Positions 36,799 to 46,583 of a stretch of DNA of 64,000 nt are shown in pieces. This DNA is from a bacterium. Its GTDB lineage: Bacteria; Patescibacteriota; Minisyncoccia; 1-14-0-10-42-19. Position 1 is the stretch's first letter. Each line of letters opens with the position of its first letter. The stretch is from contig JAUYHD010000016.1 in assembly GCA_030690215.1 (NCBI GenBank), forward strand, positions 17,681 to 81,680. The letters are read 5' to 3'. The position numbers were made by a program, and so were the translations under genes. Under the pieces are notes generated by a model. The model was not told where the DNA came from and searched no databases. It saw only the letters and a program-made list of their open reading frames with translations.

Positions 36799-39363
36799 AT
36801 GGAAGTAACCGCAATAGGAAAGTTTCTCTATGAAGCTCTTGATAAATTTATTGAAGGGCAGGAAGGATTAAAAAAATTCCTCCCCATAAGCTTCCTCGCA
36901 AAAGAAAGCATGCTTATTATCGGTCCCACGGGAACCGCTAAAACCCTCTCGAGCGAATTGATAGCTCACGCAACAGACTTACACCTTCATCATGTACAGG
37001 GCACAAATGAGATGACCATAAATCAGATCATTGGGCCTGCGGTACTCATCCGTGAAAAAACCGATCTCGGCCACGGAAAGGAAGAAGAAAAAATATTTGA
37101 GGGATTTGAGCCAGGCTGTTTTCTTCGGTGTGATACCGGATTTTTTGACGAAATCACGCGAGCGCCTGACGAGATAATGAATGTTCTTCTCCCTATCCTG
37201 AATGAAGGAAGATATGAATATTTCAATCCATCAACCAAAAAGGAAGAATGGACACATTCTTCTATGCGCCAGCTTATTGCCGCGGCAAACCCGAAAAGCA
37301 GGTCTTCAAAACTCTTGGAAGAACAGGTTGTAGACCGGTTCTCCTTGGGAGTTATCTGCAGAAACCTCATATTCAAAAAGAGGTTTAAAAATTTGCGTGA
37401 AGCAATGAGACGGTCGCGTACATGGCCCGAAAATCTTCTTGAAGCCCCGATAAGCAAGGAAATGAAAGGAAGGGTAAGCAAAAGCGATCTGGACAAAGCG
37501 TATGAATGCGTCGGCGGGAGCGATCCTCGGATAAAAATACCTCTTATCGTAACATGGGCTCTTGTGTCTCTCCTCGATATCATCATAGAGACGCGTAATC
37601 TCCAGGAAGACGACGCGGTGTTCACCGACCGAGCCGCTATCGCAAAACTTCATAAGCTTTTGCGGGCGCACGCGCTTTTTGAAGGACGCCTGAAAGTTTC
37701 ATGGGATGACTTCCGCGTATTTTATGGCTACATCACTCACCGAGTGGAAAAAATCCACAGGAAACCGATAAATCATCTGGTTGAGCTGTTTATAGACACG
37801 CTGAAACATCATGTCTATACAAAAGAAATAGCGCAAACTCTTGATGAGCTGGACAAATTAAAAGAAACTATTGACCACAGCTTAGCTGAAGAGAAACAGC
37901 GGGAAGAAAATCTAACGCACGCTCAAGCGCTTGAAACAAAAGCGGAGGCATTTTTCGAAGAGATAAAATCTTTTTTTATAACGGCAAAGGACGCGCTCGC
38001 ACAGATCAACACCTATGAAGAATTGCGCGACGCAACATCCGAAAAGCCCTTTGAAGGAAGTTTTAAGGATGTCCCTTCGCCTGATAAAAAAGAGAGCGCT
38101 CCCCCCGCAGACCAACTCAAAAATCAGGAGCCAAAGAAAGAAGACCAAAACCCTGCGCCGAAAGACAAAGAACCGCAGGGGCACCGAGAACAGGGAGCAA
38201 AAGACAAAAAAATGACGTTTAATGATTTTTTTCTTGATCAGCAAGAACCAACCATTGAGCTCTCCACCTCTCAAACGCATGAAGCGGGCCCTGAAACCGA
38301 TATAGATCTGCGCGGTATAAAAAACTTTGAGACTGCCGAAAGTGTGAATATCTTCCTTGTAGAGATAGGACGCCTTAAAGAAAGTTTTCGGGTGCAGAGA
38401 AAGAAAGAGCACCCTCGCCGGGGCGAAATATCCCACAGAAAACCAATAAAAAATCTTGAGGATATAAAAAAAGCGGAACCTTCGCGGATTCCCGAATATA
38501 TTGATTCGGGCGCGCCAAAACCACTGATAAAAATACGAACGGTCCCCGACATATGCCTATTTACCGCGCGGGATGTTTCGTATTCTATGGCAGGTGAAGT
38601 GGCGGGCAAAGGAACGCTTGCGACAAAAGGGAATCTGGCACGCTGGGCATCCCAGATTGATATTGCAATCTGCCATGAAGGACAGCAAAGAGATTTCTCC
38701 TATGCTCATATGGACTTCAGCGAGCGGCAGTATTTCTCAACAGAACAGAGGATTGCTCTTGCCGAACAGATGAGACTCATCTCCCCTGATATTTCAAAAA
38801 TAGAAAAGCTCATACACTCTACCGATTGCAAAGGAGCTACCGACATTGAATTCATGATAGAGACGGCACTATCCCATATTGAGGAACGCACCAAACGGTA
38901 TGGAGAAATGCTTACCTTTCTTGTCCCTATAACTGACGGGATAGAAACTATCCGCCACGGAAAACTTGATGCACTGCTTGCGGCATGCGTCAAAAAATCT
39001 ATCGTTATTACGCCGGTATTCATTTTTGACCCATTGGGTATAAAGGGTCAGGAATATATCGTCTATAAAAACGGACGGATGACAGATCTGAAAGCTCCGA
39101 GCACCATCAGCCATATGGCTGAGGAAACGGAAGGTATGATCTTTTGGGGAATACAGGACAGCGAGCACGACAGAGTCGCATTCGCGACAAAGGATACTGC
39201 GCTTAGAATAATACGGGCGCTCGCGCATACCAGCAAGATAGAAGCTCCCCGATTTTCCTCCACGGGAAAGAACTATCGGTCTTTCGGAAACAATATGAGT
39301 ACTGACGGAGAAAAACAAAAAACTCCGTTCAATACTGAAAATCTTTATAAGACAGGTACATAA
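36799..39363 (+). CDS. Fused MoxR-like AAA+ ATPase (N-terminus) and von Willebrand factor A domain with MIDAS (C-terminus), 854 aa
   Basis: Walker A GPTGTAKT; Walker B and sensor FFDEITRAPDEIMNVLLPILNEGRY; C-terminal ARDVSYSMAG (DxSxS MIDAS) and ITDGIE; long charged linker. Confidence 0.65.
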   Translation: MEVTAIGKFLYEALDKFIEGQEGLKKFLPISFLAKESMLIIGPTGTAKTLSSELIAHATDLHLHHVQGTNEMTINQIIGPAVLIREKTDLGHGKEEEKIFEGFEPGCFLRCDTGFFDEITRAPDEIMNVLLPILNEGRYEYFNPSTKKEEWTHSSMRQLIAAANPKSRSSKLLEEQVVDRFSLGVICRNLIFKKRFKNLREAMRRSRTWPENLLEAPISKEMKGRVSKSDLDKAYECVGGSDPRIKIPLIVTWALVSLLDIIIETRNLQEDDAVFTDRAAIAKLHKLLRAHALFEGRLKVSWDDFRVFYGYITHRVEKIHRKPINHLVELFIDTLKHHVYTKEIAQTLDELDKLKETIDHSLAEEKQREENLTHAQALETKAEAFFEEIKSFFITAKDALAQINTYEELRDATSEKPFEGSFKDVPSPDKKESAPPADQLKNQEPKKEDQNPAPKDKEPQGHREQGAKDKKMTFNDFFLDQQEPTIELSTSQTHEAGPETDIDLRGIKNFETAESVNIFLVEIGRLKESFRVQRKKEHPRRGEISHRKPIKNLEDIKKAEPSRIPEYIDSGAPKPLIKIRTVPDICLFTARDVSYSMAGEVAGKGTLATKGNLARWASQIDIAICHEGQQRDFSYAHMDFSERQYFSTEQRIALAEQMRLISPDISKIEKLIHSTDCKGATDIEFMIETALSHIEERTKRYGEMLTFLVPITDGIETIRHGKLDALLAACVKKSIVITPVFIFDPLGIKGQEYIVYKNGRMTDLKAPSTISHMAEETEGMIFWGIQDSEHDRVAFATKDTALRIIRALAHTSKIEAPRFSSTGKNYRSFGNNMSTDGEKQKTPFNTENLYKTGT

Positions 39364-39438
39364 AATCAATAAGCCCAGACATCTTGTCTGGGCTCTTTTC
39401 TTGCCTTTTTTTGTATTTTTGGTATCATAGTACCTATC

Positions 39439-39831
39439 ATGTTAATGATCAGACTACAGCGAGTAGGACGTAAAAATGACCCAAGTTTTCGGGTTGTTAT
39501 TACCGAAAAGGCAAATGCGGCAAAATCAGGCGCCTTTCTTGAAATTGTCGGGTCATATGATGCCCGCAAAGACCGTGTCCAACTCAAACAAGATCGCATC
39601 CAGCATTGGCTTTCGCATGGGGCAAAAACATCAGCCACGGTCCACAATATGCTGGTAAATGCAAAAATAATCAACGCGCCAAAAGTAAACGCATTACCCT
39701 CAAAAAAAATCAAACCGGAAGAAGCAAAAACAGAAGCCCCGGCACCAGCACAAAAAGCTGAAGAAATGGCGCCAACAGCAACAGCCGAAGCACCCGCGGA
39801 AGCAAAAGCGGAGGAGGATCCAACAGCATAA
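39439..39831 (+). CDS. rpsP: 30S ribosomal protein S16 with an Ala/Lys/Glu-rich C-terminal extension
   Basis: MLMIRLQRVGRKNDPSFRVVITE... Confidence 0.9.
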   Translation: MLMIRLQRVGRKNDPSFRVVITEKANAAKSGAFLEIVGSYDARKDRVQLKQDRIQHWLSHGAKTSATVHNMLVNAKIINAPKVNALPSKKIKPEEAKTEAPAPAQKAEEMAPTATAEAPAEAKAEEDPTA

Positions 39832-39900
39832 TATATATCTTATAAAAAAATCGCCACACTCTTTGGGAGTGTGGCGATTGGTTTTAGTCGTTTTGCCCTA

Positions 39901-40245
39901 TTATTTTTGTTCAATCCGTGTCCCGTTTTTATCATAATGCTGGATAAAAACATCTTCACTTATAAGATAATACATAATTGCCTCTTGTTTATAATGCTGT
40001 GCTGTAATATCTGCGATCATTTCAATTTGCGAACATGTGCACATAATACGCACCGGAATCATTTCTTCGGTAAACAGCTTGTTATCAGGACTCACCCACT
40101 GCCCTTTCGCGGTCCGGAATATTGTCAAACCAGAGGATATGCCTCGTACCATCTCATCCCATTTATTATGGTACGAAATCTCAATCTTGCTTCCATCCGA
40201 AAAAATTTTGGGTACAAGAATCTCCCACAGTGCGATCTTTTCCAT
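39901..40245 (-). CDS. Hypothetical protein
   Basis: 114-aa ORF. Confidence 0.35.
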   Translation of the reverse strand: MEKIALWEILVPKIFSDGSKIEISYHNKWDEMVRGISSGLTIFRTAKGQWVSPDNKLFTEEMIPVRIMCTCSQIEMIADITAQHYKQEAIMYYLISEDVFIQHYDKNGTRIEQK

Positions 40246-40252
40246 TTTTTAT

Positions 40253-40747
40253 CTACGCCTTTAATCCATCCAAAGGAAGAATAACGGGATCGGGATTCCC
40301 GCATAAAAAAATCTTTCCGTCCTGCCTTTCTCGGACCTGAAGCATATTGAGATAATTCATAATCCCCTGGATAAAAGTCTCCAAAATTATTTCCTTTGTT
40401 TTGGTGAGCTCTTTTTTCTTGGCAAAATCTTCAAAATCATCCATTAAATCAGATACAAGTACGGAAAGGAATGCCTGAATTTGATTTGAATTTTGTTCAT
40501 AGCGGAAAACACTATTAAAAACCTCAAGCGTCCTTGAAAGGACGTCTCGAATACTGACACTTTTTTCGGGGATATTACAAATTTTTGCGATTATAGTACG
40601 AAGATCGCTAACCGTATCTTCCCTTTTATAATGTCCCTTCGCATAGAGTATAAAGTGCCTTATAAATTCATCTTTAAATTCTACCGTTTCCTCAATTGCC
40701 GGACTAATAAGCTCCATTGTACTTCCTCCTTTTTTATCAAAAATCAA
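40253..40747 (-). CDS. Hypothetical protein
   Basis: 164-aa ORF; helical composition. Confidence 0.35.
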   Translation of the reverse strand: MIFDKKGGSTMELISPAIEETVEFKDEFIRHFILYAKGHYKREDTVSDLRTIIAKICNIPEKSVSIRDVLSRTLEVFNSVFRYEQNSNQIQAFLSVLVSDLMDDFEDFAKKKELTKTKEIILETFIQGIMNYLNMLQVRERQDGKIFLCGNPDPVILPLDGLKA

Positions 40748-40845
40748 TTTTGCAAATTATACTTTAAAAAAATATGAATGTCAATAGATTGCAAAAAGCA
40801 GAAAAATAAAAAGAAGGAGGGTGATTTCCTTCTTTGGGCCAAACT

Positions 40846-41223
40846 TTATAGAGTATGTATGAATTGATTCGCTAAATTTTTAAAAAAACTTTCGTATTTA
40901 GGCAAAACTCCTCTTTCGGTAAGTTCTTTTGAAATCGAGGCTGGAATCTGTTTATGTACTAAGTACATATCGCCCCAACTTTCAAAAAATTGTCCCATTT
41001 CAAAAAAAGTTAAAGAATCCCGAATAGCTTCGCTATAAAAATCCCCGTTTGATCTCTTTTTAATCCCGTAGCGAATGCGATCGTCAGTCATGGCAAAAAA
41101 ATTATATAAAGCCTGTTCGTCAAAACTATAACCGCCCAAATTCATCAGAAGTCCCATCAAAATTTCTGAAATAGATAATTCTTCAACTAAAATTTTTTGC
41201 ATACATCTATCTCCCTCTGACAA
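40846..41223 (-). CDS. Hypothetical protein
   Basis: 125-aa ORF. Confidence 0.35.
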   Translation of the reverse strand: MSEGDRCMQKILVEELSISEILMGLLMNLGGYSFDEQALYNFFAMTDDRIRYGIKKRSNGDFYSEAIRDSLTFFEMGQFFESWGDMYLVHKQIPASISKELTERGVLPKYESFFKNLANQFIHTL

Positions 41224-41589
41224 AGTCCTATTCTAAAAAATCAAAACTTATAATATAAAAATAAATCCCTCGTGTCAACCCAGCCCCACTTTCACATAAA
41301 AAGGTGGGGCTGGGCCAACCCCATACTTGCAAAAATCTTAGCTTTCTGCTAAAGTTTCGAATAGTGAGTACAAATCGCTCCATAAGCTGAGAGGGCGAAA
41401 ATGAGTCATCTTGATCCCCCATTCCTAATCGCTTGCGCGAGGGAATGGGGTGTTTTTTTTGTTTACGAAAAATAAAAAATGGGCCACCCGAAGGCGACCC
41501 TGTACTTGTTGTTTAAAACGGCTCTTGTACCCTAGCCGAGTTTGTAATATGGGCCTATTATAGTGCTCTCGCCTACTGCTGTAAAGAGC

Positions 41590-41690
41590 AAACACAGATT
41601 AAAACTAATTACAGCTTTTTGCTTTACGTTGTAGTTTTGCGCTTTGAACTTTGCGTTTTTAGCCTTACTTGTCTTTATATTATTTAAAAT
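41590..41690. repeat. Intergenic repeat (GCTTTACGTTGTAGTTTTGCGCTTTGAACTTTGCGTTTT) present in inverted orientation at 44795-44890
   Basis: Reverse complement aligns with CTCAAAACGCAAAGTTTAAAGCGTAAAACTACAACGTAAAGC at 44800-44842. Confidence 0.6.
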
Positions 41691-41705
41691 TTGTATATTC
41701 GTTCC

Positions 41706-43955
41706 TTACTTGCTGTATTGAACTGCTTCCTCAAGCTTCAACGACAATATTTTTGAGACACCTTCGCTCCCCATCGTGACACCATACAAAATACCCGCGT
41801 GTCTCATGGATTCGCGATTGTGAGTGATGATAACCAATTGGGTCCCCTTAGAAAGAAGCCCAAGCATCTGCCCATATTTCCGGGAATTGTTTTCGTCCAA
41901 TGCCGCATCCATTTCATCCAACACCAAAAATGGAGGCGGGTTAACACTTGAAAGAGCAAACAAAAGCGCGATAGACGTAAGAGCGCGCTCTCCGCCCGAA
42001 AGCATATCAAGCCCGCGTATGCGTTTTTTAGGCAAATTCACATATACATCAAGACCTGTCATATAATGCGCATGCCTACCCGATGCCCCGTCTTCTTCGA
42101 GCATATCTTCCCCGACAGAAACATCCTGTTCGGCGCCTTCCCCAGAGTCAATTAACTCCGTCGGAACTTTAATTTTTAAAAGTTTCAGTTCTGCTTTTCC
42201 TCCCCCAAAAATAGTTTCAAAATGCTTTTGGAATTCGTGATTTATCTTAGAAATGCCTTTTTCAAATTCGCTTTCTAATTTCCCGGAAAGCTCTTCAGAC
42301 AAATGCTTCAGACCAGAAGATGCTTTCTTTAAATCGCCGAGTTCCTTTTCAAAAAAAGCGTCGCGCTCCCCCACCTCATCAAGTTCCTTTAATATCGTCT
42401 CGTCCACCCCGCCCGCGTCTTCCAGCTTAAACTTGAGCCGAGCAATATCCCGCAATATTTTTTCGCGGTCTTGTCCCCGCAACTGTTCGCTCGCGGGAGT
42501 AAGCGAATCAACAGAAATATAATGAGATGCTTCCTGTTTTTCTCTGACATATTCTTCACGGCGCAAGCGTAAACGCTCTTCTTCAATGGATACGCTGCGG
42601 AGAGCATCTTTCATCCGGTTCCCTTGCCCGTCAAGCTCGTAGAGCGCGCGTTCAAGTTCCCGTAATTTTTTTTCATAGCCATGCAGACTGCCTCCCATTT
42701 CTTTTTCTTGCCGTACAAGCGCTCCTTCCTTTTTTTCTATCTCCTGTATTCCGTCTTCAACATGCTTTTTCTCCTGCAGTAGTTTCTGCGTATCCATTCC
42801 GGTTTTTTTTGGTCTTTCTTTTGCATCCGACGAATCAACGCGCGAAAAAAATGACGTAATACGCTCAAGCGCTTCGTGAATAAATGACTGTATCTGGTCT
42901 ATCGCGTCCTCTTCTATCGCGGATGCAAGAATCCCTTCCACCTCGGCAAACAATTCCTCTACATCCTCGCGAGGCACCACCTCATCCATTGACACCCCCT
43001 GTGTTGGGGATTTTGCGGCTTCTATCATTCCTTCAAGCCGCCCCAGATCGTGCGACAAGCGAGATTTTTTATCCCGCAATTCAACAAGTTCGCGGGTAAT
43101 GTTCTGAAACGCGCTCTCATCTGATGCGCTGGCGCTCTTTCGTTCCTTGGCTATAGCGCTTTCAATATCTTTTCTCTTTTTTTCTATCTGCCCCAGCTCT
43201 TTTTGGGGCTCTCCTTTTTTGTCGGCAATATCTTTCTCTAACGCGGCAAGAGATGCTTCTTCCCGCATCAAATAATCCTTATATGCCGCTTCAAGCTCTG
43301 ATCTAAGCTCTTCCGTTTTTTGGAACTTCACCGCTTGTGTCTTCAAGAACTTCAAATGCGGCTGGATTTCTTTGCGCAACGCCTCAACTTGCTTCATATT
43401 TTCAGCGGTGCGTTCAAGCTTCCTATCCGCCTCCGCACGCTTAATTTGGTATATCTTGAGGCCTAACGCGTCTTCAACCATCTCTTTGCGCTCTTTGGAA
43501 GACGCGTACAAAATTCTGTCCGCCTCTCCCTGCCCGATAATATGGTGTTGCGAAGATCCAAGGCCAACATGCGCTAAAAGCTCCATAATATCTTTGAGAC
43601 GCACAATAGAACCGTTAATCATATATTCGTTTACGCCGTCGCGATACACATTGCGCGAAAGTATCACTTCATTAAATTCAACAGGAAATTGGTTTTTTGT
43701 ATTATCAAATACCAGTGTTGCTGACGCCTTGGACATGCGCGGTATTGAATGCGAACCGCTAAATATCAAATCCTCTCCCTTCTTTCCGCGAAGGGACTTC
43801 ATTGATTGCTCGCCAAGCACCCACCTAATTGCTTCGGCGCAATTACTTTTCCCCGAACCATTCGGGCCTACGATTGCGGTAACGGGTGACGGCAATTCAA
43901 ATACCGTGTTCTTCGCGAATGATTTAAAACCGTTTAGTTCTAATCTCTTTAAATA
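41706..43955 (-). CDS. smc: SMC-family chromosome segregation ATPase, unusually short (about 750 aa, no recognisable hinge)
   Basis: N-terminal LKRLELNGFKSF...IVGPNGSGKSN; C-terminal LSGGERALTSIALLFAL...LVLDEMDAALD signature and D-loop. Confidence 0.75.
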   Translation of the reverse strand, partial: YLKRLELNGFKSFAKNTVFELPSPVTAIVGPNGSGKSNCAEAIRWVLGEQSMKSLRGKKGEDLIFSGSHSIPRMSKASATLVFDNTKNQFPVEFNEVILSRNVYRDGVNEYMINGSIVRLKDIMELLAHVGLGSSQHHIIGQGEADRILYASSKERKEMVEDALGLKIYQIKRAEADRKLERTAENMKQVEALRKEIQPHLKFLKTQAVKFQKTEELRSELEAAYKDYLMREEASLAALEKDIADKKGEPQKELGQIEKKRKDIESAIAKERKSASASDESAFQNITRELVELRDKKSRLSHDLGRLEGMIEAAKSPTQGVSMDEVVPREDVEELFAEVEGILASAIEEDAIDQIQSFIHEALERITSFFSRVDSSDAKERPKKTGMDTQKLLQEKKHVEDGIQEIEKKEGALVRQEKEMGGSLHGYEKKLRELERALYELDGQGNRMKDALRSVSIEEERLRLRREEYVREKQEASHYISVDSLTPASEQLRGQDREKILRDIARLKFKLEDAGGVDETILKELDEVGERDAFFEKELGDLKKASSGLKHLSEELSGKLESEFEKGISKINHEFQKHFETIFGGGKAELKLLKIKVPTELIDSGEGAEQDVSVGEDMLEEDGASGRHAHYMTGLDVYVNLPKKRIRGLDMLSGGERALTSIALLFALSSVNPPPFLVLDEMDAALDENNSRKYGQMLGLLSKGTQLVIITHNRESMRHAGILYGVTMGSEGVSKILSLKLEEAVQYSK

Positions 43956-43959
43956 CATA

Positions 43960-44095
43960 ACATTAAAAACCAAATTCCAAATAACAAATATCAAACAATA
44001 TCCAATTTTCAATAGGCAAGCCCCAAACCGTGTTTTAAATTTGTAATTTTGAATTTGTTTGAGATTTGGATTTTGGTATTTGTCATTTTATCAAA
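43960..44095. repeat. AT-rich simple-sequence region of CAAAT/ATTCCAAA-type units (family shared with 4845-4930, the trmD insert, the 16S V2 insert and 62200-62260)
   Basis: Read directly. Confidence 0.55.
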
Positions 44096-44783
44096 TCCAC
44101 CCTTTTACCTCCAGCGCTTTCCGTGCCGCCTCTTCCTGCGCTATCTGCTTTGACGGGCCTTCGCCCTCCGCGACTTTCTCCTCATCCAAAAAAATACCGA
44201 TAACAAAATGCTTATCGTGGTCAGGCCCCCACTCTTTGATAACGCTGTATGTCGGCGTAACACCGTGTCTATCCTGCGCTTCTTCCTGAAACATGCTCTT
44301 TGGGTCTTTGTATAATTTTTTCTCAATAATTTCGTCTAACTGCGGCATGAGTACGCGCTCCAAAAAATCCTTTACTTCACCATATCCCCGGTCCAGATAC
44401 AAAGCGCCCGAAAGCGCCTCAAACGTATTTGCAAGAATATATTGGCGCGCGCGTCCCATATCCTTTGACTCTCCGCGTGAAAGGAGAAGGTGGTCGCCTA
44501 CATGCAGAATGCCTGCGACTTCCGCGAGCATCTTGGTATTCACAAGAGCAGCCCGAAAGCTCGTGAGTTCCCCTTCGGGCTTTTCAGGAAAACGCAAAAA
44601 CAAAGCTTCGGTAATAACAAGCTCAATGACCGCATCGCCCAAAAATTCAAGGCGTTCATTATGCGGGTATTTCCAATCGGTGTTCTCGTTTAAATACGAA
44701 CGATGCGTAAGGGCTTCATATAACAGACTCTTGTTTATAAAGCTGACGCCGAGACTCTGCTCAAGACCGGATAAATCTTTCAT
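44091..44783 (-). CDS. rnc: Ribonuclease III
   Basis: ERLEFLGDAV signature; C-terminal dsRBD. Confidence 0.9.
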   Translation of the reverse strand: MKDLSGLEQSLGVSFINKSLLYEALTHRSYLNENTDWKYPHNERLEFLGDAVIELVITEALFLRFPEKPEGELTSFRAALVNTKMLAEVAGILHVGDHLLLSRGESKDMGRARQYILANTFEALSGALYLDRGYGEVKDFLERVLMPQLDEIIEKKLYKDPKSMFQEEAQDRHGVTPTYSVIKEWGPDHDKHFVIGIFLDEEKVAEGEGPSKQIAQEEAARKALEVKGWI

Positions 44784-44897
44784 CGTTGAAACTCAAAACG
44801 CAAAGTTTAAAGCGTAAAACTACAACGTAAAGCTAAAAGGTTTTTTGTTTTAAGCTGTAGTTTTGACTTTTGAGCTCTAAACTTTGAGCTTTTTAAA

Positions 44898-45794
44898 TTA
44901 CTTTAATAATATCTTTAATGCTTTTTCTAATAATGGCTTAATATCAGGGTAGGTTTTTACGCCAACAACCTCATCCTGCCCGAACCAGCGCACATCATCA
45001 AGCCCCCCCGATTCTTTAAGGTGCAATTCTTTCTCTTTCGTCTCTATCAAAAAATATGTCACCCGCTTTCTGATTTTTCCTTTTTCGGGGTCGGAGGCGA
45101 CATATTCGTTCGTGCCCATCTCTTCTCCCATGCGCACATCCGCAATACCAAGCTCCTCCCGAATTTTACGCGCCGTTCCTTTTTCCACATCAACCTTGCC
45201 CGTGCCCAACTTTCCCTTGGAAAGCGTCCAGTACCCGAACACGTCATGCACAAGGGCAAACAAAAGCACATCACCCTCTCTGCGGTACACCACGCCCCCG
45301 CCAAGATGCTCTACCGGAAGTTTTGACATATCTCCCTCAAACAGCTTTTTACCGGTGTCATCTTTGCCCGGCTCGCCTATCTCTTTATATACAGTCCCCA
45401 AAACGCCATTTACAAAACGGCCGGACGATTCTCCGCCAAAGTTCTTTGCAAGCTCAATTGCTTCGTTAATCGCGACTTTCGGAGGCACCTCGTCGCGCTT
45501 GCCGAACAAAAGCTCCCATAAACCAAGGCGCAATACGTTGCGGTCCACTCGCGCGACCTGTTCAATGGGCCACTCGGGTGCCGCCTTTTCAATAATAGAA
45601 TCTATTTTTTTTCTTTTCTTGAGAACACCGTACACAAGCACCTCTGCAAAATCATCGTCATCTTCAACACCGGGCGCGAATTCCCTTGTATTACGCAGAA
45701 GCATTTCTTTTATCTGGGCGTCGTCATACCCAGTAAAATCCCATTCAAAAAGGGTTTGCATCGCGATTGATCGTGAAAGATGTCGGTTGGCCAT
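44898..45794 (-). CDS. NusB-like antitermination domain fused to a C-terminal NUDIX hydrolase domain
   Basis: N-terminus MANRHLSRSIAMQTLFEWDF...NFGGESSGRFVNGVLG (NusB); C-terminus GGGVVYRR...GKLGTGKVDVEKGTARKIREELGI (Nudix box-like). Confidence 0.65.
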   Translation of the reverse strand: MANRHLSRSIAMQTLFEWDFTGYDDAQIKEMLLRNTREFAPGVEDDDDFAEVLVYGVLKKRKKIDSIIEKAAPEWPIEQVARVDRNVLRLGLWELLFGKRDEVPPKVAINEAIELAKNFGGESSGRFVNGVLGTVYKEIGEPGKDDTGKKLFEGDMSKLPVEHLGGGVVYRREGDVLLFALVHDVFGYWTLSKGKLGTGKVDVEKGTARKIREELGIADVRMGEEMGTNEYVASDPEKGKIRKRVTYFLIETKEKELHLKESGGLDDVRWFGQDEVVGVKTYPDIKPLLEKALKILLK

Positions 45795-45912
45795 AGTTGA
45801 TTTTGTTAAATGAACGAAGAGAGTTTTTCAAAATCCTTACCCCGTTAGATGAAAATTGTTGCAATAATTTTCTATCTAATGGGGTTCCCAAAAAATATAG
45901 TTGCTTCGCTCC

Positions 45913-46194
45913 TTATTTTTTGGAAAGCTCCGCCGCCTCCATCGGCTTATCTCCTGCTTCCTGCTCTTCTTGAGCCCGTAATTCCTTCTCTTTGTGTTTT
46001 TTCTCTTTTTTATTGAGTTTCGCGAGCACGTCTATTACTTCGCGCTTGTTGTATGTTCCGCAGTTTTCGCAAATCCGATGCGGAAGTTTTGCCTGATTGC
46101 ATTTTGCGCACACCGAAAGCGCCCCCGGCTTTAGCGCATGATGCGACCGGCGGTTATTTGTGTGTGACTTGGTGTGCCTCATTCGTACTACCAT
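45913..46194 (-). CDS. rpmF: 50S ribosomal protein L32 with a charged C-terminal extension
   Basis: [21 protein letters not shown]...C..C...H..C..CG. Confidence 0.8.
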   Translation of the reverse strand: MVVRMRHTKSHTNNRRSHHALKPGALSVCAKCNQAKLPHRICENCGTYNKREVIDVLAKLNKKEKKHKEKELRAQEEQEAGDKPMEAAELSKK

Positions 46195-46199
46195 ATTGT

Positions 46200-46545
46200 T
46201 CTATAGTAACGAAAAAGGGGCGGTATGTAAAGCCCCGTTTGGCTAAATCGAAAGCCGCGTCTACGTCTGACGGATACTATACCCGATTAAAGAAACAGCA
46301 GTCCATTGTCTGGGCTATCGAGGTTCGCTAGTAGACGCGACAAGGAAGACGATTCGATTTTGCCTAACGGGGTAAAGCCCCGTAGAGCAATATCGCATGA
46401 TATGTCATGCGTTCGCCTTTGGGGAGAAAAGACCACCGCGCTCGCTTATTTTTCTTGCATTAGGCATTTCCGCACAATGACCCATAAGAATGCATTATGC
46501 GATTTTGCCTAACGGGGTAAAGCCCCGTTTGGCTAAATCGTCATG
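46200..46545. repeat. Composite MITE-like repeat cluster (two nested element families) homologous to 3300-3720 and 26745-26960
   Basis: See 3300-3720 and 26745-26960. Confidence 0.6.
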
Positions 46546-46583
46546 CCAAAGGCAGATCTGCCTCCGGCAGAGAAGCAAAGCAT

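Noticed and set aside
36200-36800. 23S rRNA immediately downstream of 16S
   Set aside because: No 23S conserved blocks. The region holds a terminator, a promoter and hairpin sRNA candidate, a REP element and the leader of a protein gene.
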